Assembly (NCBI GenBank): GCA_963771075.1
Contig: CAVYSE010000028.1
Span: 1-64,000, forward strand
From: a candidate division FCPU426 bacterium
Lineage (GTDB): Bacteria; Oederibacteriota; Muellerivitia; Muellerivitales; Muellerivitaceae
Direction: 5' to 3'
DNA: 64,000 bases
The notes beneath the pieces were generated by a model. That model was not told the origin of the DNA. It made no database searches and worked only from the letters and a program-made list of their open reading frames with translations. Shown piece after piece: positions 59,854-64,000 of the stretch (within the stretch, counting starts at the first letter, position 1; each line of letters begins with the position of its first letter). Position numbers and translations under genes: made by a program.

Positions 59854-60054
59854 TTACTTCTTCCAATGGATGCAAGACACCGGACAGCCATCCATGGCTT
59901 CCTGGATCGCCGTTTTGGAGTCGCCCTGGGGCTCAAAAACCTCGGCGACCCCATCCACCGTCATGCGAAAAACCTTCGGCACCGCCGCCACACAGGATTC
60001 ACAGCCCGTGCACTCCTTGGCATCCACAAAGGAAAGAGGGTTATTGTTTTTCAC
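59854..60054 (-). CDS. Single-cluster ferredoxin
   Basis: CTGCESC...CPVSCI, 66 aa. Confidence 0.88.
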   Translation of the reverse strand: MKNNNPLSFVDAKECTGCESCVAAVPKVFRMTVDGVAEVFEPQGDSKTAIQEAMDGCPVSCIHWKK

Positions 60055-60069
60055 GCCGGTCCCCTTCCC

Positions 60070-61032
60070 CTAAAACTGGCCGCAGAAACTGGTGCTGAAG
60101 GAAAGATCACTGCCGTTCGATTCTCCCACGATGGACCAATGAAAGCCCTCCCCAAAATCCAGGCCCAGCACGTACTTGGGTTCGAAGAGAACGGGTGTTC
60201 CATTGGAGGTGACGTTCGCGTTGATCGCGCCGGGGTTTCCCGCCACTGTCGTGGTCAGCTGGCCGGTGATGTTGGAAACCACGGTCCCCGAATTACGCTG
60301 GAACCCCACTGCCGCGAAGGGATAGATCACCATCAGGTCCTTACCCACCAAAAGCTTGGCGCCGAAGCTGTGCACGTTCCAATTAAGGGCGTAATTGGTG
60401 GTGCCCGACACGGAGGCGCTGCTGCCGTAGTAGGTGGTGTTCTGGTTCACATCGGTGCCGAAACCCAAATTTCCCTGGAGCTCATCGAAGCTCACGCCCA
60501 CAGTCACCGTGGGGAGGGTGCGCCCCTCCATGATTTTGTAACGGAAATCGGCTCCCACACCCGTATAGTTGGCCGCGAAACCAAGGCTGGAGAGGGTGAT
60601 CTGGGGCAAGTAGAGCACCTTCAAGCCGACATCCAAACCATTGGCGAGGCCCACCCGAAGGGTACCCACCGGGTAGGGGGCGGGCAACTGGGATGGAATG
60701 CTCACATTGGCGGTGCCCTGCAGGGCCTGTAAATTCAGGTTATTAAGACTGGTGACTTGGATAAGGTCCACTCCACCTCCAATACCGAACTCGAAATGGG
60801 GGCCGGAAATTAAATCAAAGACCGTGGGGGGATTGTCCCATCCGAGCGTGCTATAAAATCCCATGCTTTTGGTGAACTGGCTGTTGAGGTAATCCGAGAT
60901 GGACTGCATATCCGCCAGCCCTGAAGTGTCGAACTGGGCGACGGTTTGGCCCCTTAAAAGGCCTGGAACGGTCAGAAAAAGTAGGGCCGCGGCAGTTTTA
61001 AGGCTTTTAAGGGACATGGGCTTTCTTTTCAC
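60070..61032 (-). CDS. Outer-membrane beta-barrel protein (DUF6588-like)
   Basis: Signal peptide; LRVGL..GLDVGLK, GVGADFRY; ends in F. Confidence 0.5.
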   Translation of the reverse strand: MKRKPMSLKSLKTAAALLFLTVPGLLRGQTVAQFDTSGLADMQSISDYLNSQFTKSMGFYSTLGWDNPPTVFDLISGPHFEFGIGGGVDLIQVTSLNNLNLQALQGTANVSIPSQLPAPYPVGTLRVGLANGLDVGLKVLYLPQITLSSLGFAANYTGVGADFRYKIMEGRTLPTVTVGVSFDELQGNLGFGTDVNQNTTYYGSSASVSGTTNYALNWNVHSFGAKLLVGKDLMVIYPFAAVGFQRNSGTVVSNITGQLTTTVAGNPGAINANVTSNGTPVLFEPKYVLGLDFGEGFHWSIVGESNGSDLSFSTSFCGQF

Positions 61033-61123
61033 GATAAAAATGAACGCGGGATTAGTTTAAAGGATACCCCACCTTCATTAAAAGCGGGTAATTTAAGCCT
61101 TCGGACCCTCAAGGGAGATTCAC

Positions 61124-61843
61124 ATGCGATGGGTGGAAAAACGGTTAGTGGAAGGCCGCTTCCTGGAAAGGCTCCATCGATTCGGAGCCCGGGTTCGGGT
61201 AAAGGGCAAGGTTGAATACTGCCACGTCCCCAACTCGGGGCGGTTGCGGGAATTGCTCCATCCAGGCGCCAGGGTCGCCATGGTCGACCATGGCCCCCTG
61301 GGCACCCACGAACGAAAAACCAGGTATGCCATCCGGCTTAGTTTTTACCGTGGAAAATGGGTTTGCGTTGAGGCCAATATCGCGCCCCTCTTATTAAAGG
61401 AAGCGTGGAAGAAGGGAAAAATACCTGAGTTGAGGCATTATGACGGGTTACAAGCCGAGGTGCCCCTGAATGCCCACACCCGTTTTGATTTCAAGGCTAC
61501 CAAGCGGAACACCCGGGAAAAGGCCTGGGTGGAGGTGAAATGTGTGACGCTGGTGGATGAAGAGGGGTGCGCCCGTTTTCCGGACGCCCCTTCGTTTCGG
61601 GCTTCCAAACACCTCAGGGAACTGATGGGCCTGGCCCAAAAACCTAAAACGAAAGCTTTGGTATTCTTCGTGGCGCAAAATCCTCTGGCGAAAGGGGTAG
61701 GCCCCAAGGAGGATACGGACCCGCTTTTCGCGAAAACCCTGCGTCAAGCTTCCAAGAAAGGCGTGCGTTTGAGCGCTTATTTAGCCCAAATCAATCTTCA
61801 AGGGGCTTCCATCGTCCGGCCGTTAAAGGTGAGATTGGATTAA
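61124..61843 (+). CDS. sfsA: DNA/RNA nuclease SfsA
   Basis: HVPNSGRL, RFDF, VEVK.VTL, FPDAP..R..KHLREL. Confidence 0.92.
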   Translation: MRWVEKRLVEGRFLERLHRFGARVRVKGKVEYCHVPNSGRLRELLHPGARVAMVDHGPLGTHERKTRYAIRLSFYRGKWVCVEANIAPLLLKEAWKKGKIPELRHYDGLQAEVPLNAHTRFDFKATKRNTREKAWVEVKCVTLVDEEGCARFPDAPSFRASKHLRELMGLAQKPKTKALVFFVAQNPLAKGVGPKEDTDPLFAKTLRQASKKGVRLSAYLAQINLQGASIVRPLKVRLD

Positions 61844-61930
61844 TCGACCGCGGGTAAACCGAATGGATGGATCCACCAAGCAGTCAAGCTTCAAGATTAT
61901 TTAAAGTACACCCAGGAAGAGACCCTCTAT

Positions 61931-64000
61931 TCAATGGGGCGCCGGGCCAAAGTCCAGTTGTTCCTGGTTTCCCTTTTCCTTTTCCAATTTCTCAATGACC
62001 GAATTCAGGGATTGGTTCACCACCTCGCGAAATTCCTTATCCGATTCCTTGGCCAGTTTGGTCAGGAACTTGCGAACATACTGGGACCGGAATTGTCCCA
62101 GGGCCCGTACCGCCGCCACTCGGACGGCCAGGGGCCTTTCGTTTTTTTTCTCCAGGAATTTATAGCCTTCCGCCCATTCCACCAGGATATTGATGGCATA
62201 GGCCTCGCCCAAGGTGCCCATGACCCGGCAGGCTTCGACCCAAAAATCCTCGCGGCGTGGATGGTCCAATCCATAGGCCTTCAAGGCCTCCACGATCAAC
62301 AGCGAATCCCCTTCCCCGCCGATCTTGTCCAGTATTTTCAGGGCCGGGATGGAGAGGTCCTTGTCCAAGGCGCCCATCAGCTCGATGACGCGCGGGTGGA
62401 AAGCGGTCCAACTCCAGCGTTCCACGATCTCCAGTACCTGTAGCCTTTGGTCCAGGGTCAGGCTTCCCCAGTTTTTGGCGAATTGATCGTACAGGGCGGA
62501 GGAGGGGGGCATTTTCTTGAACAACTCGAGGAACAATCTCATCCGGTCGGTGGGAGCCCCGGCGGAGAACCATTTTTCCAGTACGGGTACCTGGAGCGTC
62601 TCGAACCGGTCCAGCCAATGAAAAGCCCTTCGGGCGGCCGGTGAATCGAAGGCGTTGTCCATGGCCCTTTGGAGGAAATAGGCTCCGGTCAAATGGTCCA
62701 GCAGGATGAAAAGCCTTTCCCGGGTATCGGTTTCATGGCCTGGCGCCACATAAAGACCGTCGAGATGCTCCAGGGCGCTTCGATTGAAAACCGAATCAAG
62801 GATGGTCCTGGCCTGGACGGCCTGGTTTGGAAATTCCTGTTCAGTGCGAAAGGCGATGGCCTTCAGGGCCGAGGCCCCCAGGATCATTTCAGGCCAGTCA
62901 GGATCGGAAAGCTCATGGGTCACCCAGTTTTGGTAAAGGGCCATGACCAGGGGGAATGACTCGGGCGTCTGTCCGGTCGCGAAAAGCTCCCGTAATTTTT
63001 GGAGCCCATCCTTTTGAAGGGGACGGGGTATTTTGGTCCAATCCAGCCTCTGCAGGTGGCGGAGGGCCACGTTCCTCGCCTCTCCCGGCTCCCCTAGGGC
63101 GGAATGCCACAGACCCGTCCAAAGTTTCTCAAACCGCTCCCGCTCATTCGGTTCTTGGAGCCTCGAAAGGCGCTGGACCACCGCGCCCTCGTTGGAGGCG
63201 GTGACCATTTTAGGAAAAACATTCTCATCCAGGGCGCTCAGGACCAGGTCGGTCTCAAACAGGGTAAAGCGTTCCCCAGTCGGGTCCTGGGAATCGGTTT
63301 CGTCCCCCAAGCCCCCCCCCGCGAATCCCTGGCTTTCCCCCAAAAGGACCAGCTTCGCGAGGAGCTCATCCATGTTCACCTTGAGGGAGGGCAGATCCAC
63401 CGGGTCCTTCAGTGATTCCAGGTTCTTTTTCAGGGAAAGGAAGGACCCCATCAGCTCTCCCCAGTGGCCCTGGGCCTCCGTTGAGGGTGCCGCCGCGGGC
63501 ATGCCCACCTCCTTCAGGTCGTCGGCGGTCAGGATACCGCCCATCTGGCTCATCATTTTTCGGGCCACTTCTTTCTTATTAGAAGAGGGATTGACCCGGG
63601 CGAAGATTTGAAGGAAATATTGCAGGGCCTCCAAAGCTTCCTGGAAATTTTCCTCCTTTTCGAGGACCTCCAAGCCTTCCCCGGCGGCCACGACCTTTTC
63701 CCCCTCCCTGACCGCCACGAACATCTTTTCGTTGACCTTGATGTTCACGATGCCGCCGGACTCCAAGGCCTGAAAAAGGGTCCGGTCCGGGGGAAGTGCC
63801 CTGGGCTTCAAGAGGGCCATGAATTTTTCCATTTCGGGAGCTTGCACTCCGGGCTGAAAGGTCATGCTGTGGATCTTGTGGGTGAGAAAGAGGTCCTTGA
63901 TCATGTTGGTGGAACCGGTCGCCCTCTCGTCCAGGGCGGTTCCCTCCACCACCAGCCTGCCCTCCGATTCCCCCAGGGAAACGGCCGGCAGGGACTGGAA
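61931..64000 (-). CDS. HEAT-repeat-containing protein, 5' end outside the window
   Basis: Frame stays open to 64000; C-terminal HEAT-like units (ALKILDKIG, ACRVMGTLG, VRVAAVRALG). Confidence 0.7.
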   Translation of the reverse strand, partial: FQSLPAVSLGESEGRLVVEGTALDERATGSTNMIKDLFLTHKIHSMTFQPGVQAPEMEKFMALLKPRALPPDRTLFQALESGGIVNIKVNEKMFVAVREGEKVVAAGEGLEVLEKEENFQEALEALQYFLQIFARVNPSSNKKEVARKMMSQMGGILTADDLKEVGMPAAAPSTEAQGHWGELMGSFLSLKKNLESLKDPVDLPSLKVNMDELLAKLVLLGESQGFAGGGLGDETDSQDPTGERFTLFETDLVLSALDENVFPKMVTASNEGAVVQRLSRLQEPNERERFEKLWTGLWHSALGEPGEARNVALRHLQRLDWTKIPRPLQKDGLQKLRELFATGQTPESFPLVMALYQNWVTHELSDPDWPEMILGASALKAIAFRTEQEFPNQAVQARTILDSVFNRSALEHLDGLYVAPGHETDTRERLFILLDHLTGAYFLQRAMDNAFDSPAARRAFHWLDRFETLQVPVLEKWFSAGAPTDRMRLFLELFKKMPPSSALYDQFAKNWGSLTLDQRLQVLEIVERWSWTAFHPRVIELMGALDKDLSIPALKILDKIGGEGDSLLIVEALKAYGLDHPRREDFWVEACRVMGTLGEAYAINILVEWAEGYKFLEKKNERPLAVRVAAVRALGQFRSQYVRKFLTKLAKESDKEFREVVNQSLNSVIEKLEKEKGNQEQLDFGPAPH

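Overview
A mostly minus-strand chromosomal window from a diderm bacterium; no rRNA, tRNA or CRISPR array was recognised. The housekeeping backbone is lepA-lepB-hemW-hrcA-grpE-dnaK followed by dxr-rseP...ispG-proS...polC, plus sucCD, hsp20, suhB and sfsA, interleaved with cell-envelope and glycan genes. Highlights: (1) a six-gene unit (37.7-47.9 kb) of three large paralogous SLH/coiled-coil/beta-barrel outer-membrane proteins and three paralogous carbohydrate-binding-like lipoproteins, a candidate TonB/SusCD-independent glycan capture and uptake system; (2) a PolC that lacks the inserted 3'-5' exonuclease domain but keeps an intact PHP metal site, in an organism whose DnaK carries the Gram-negative-type insert; (3) an RlmD rRNA methyltransferase fused through a TM helix to a periplasmic hydrolase-like domain; (4) two secreted glycoside hydrolases sharing a T9SS-like C-terminal domain, each preceded by the palindrome AAAGCGCTTT, which also precedes a LacI gene; (5) a 299-bp MITE with an 8-bp target duplication inserted into a hairpin loop, plus three families of small intergenic palindromic elements; (6) dnaK broken by a 1-nt homopolymer frameshift. 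Family assignments come from motif recognition by eye, not from database searches.
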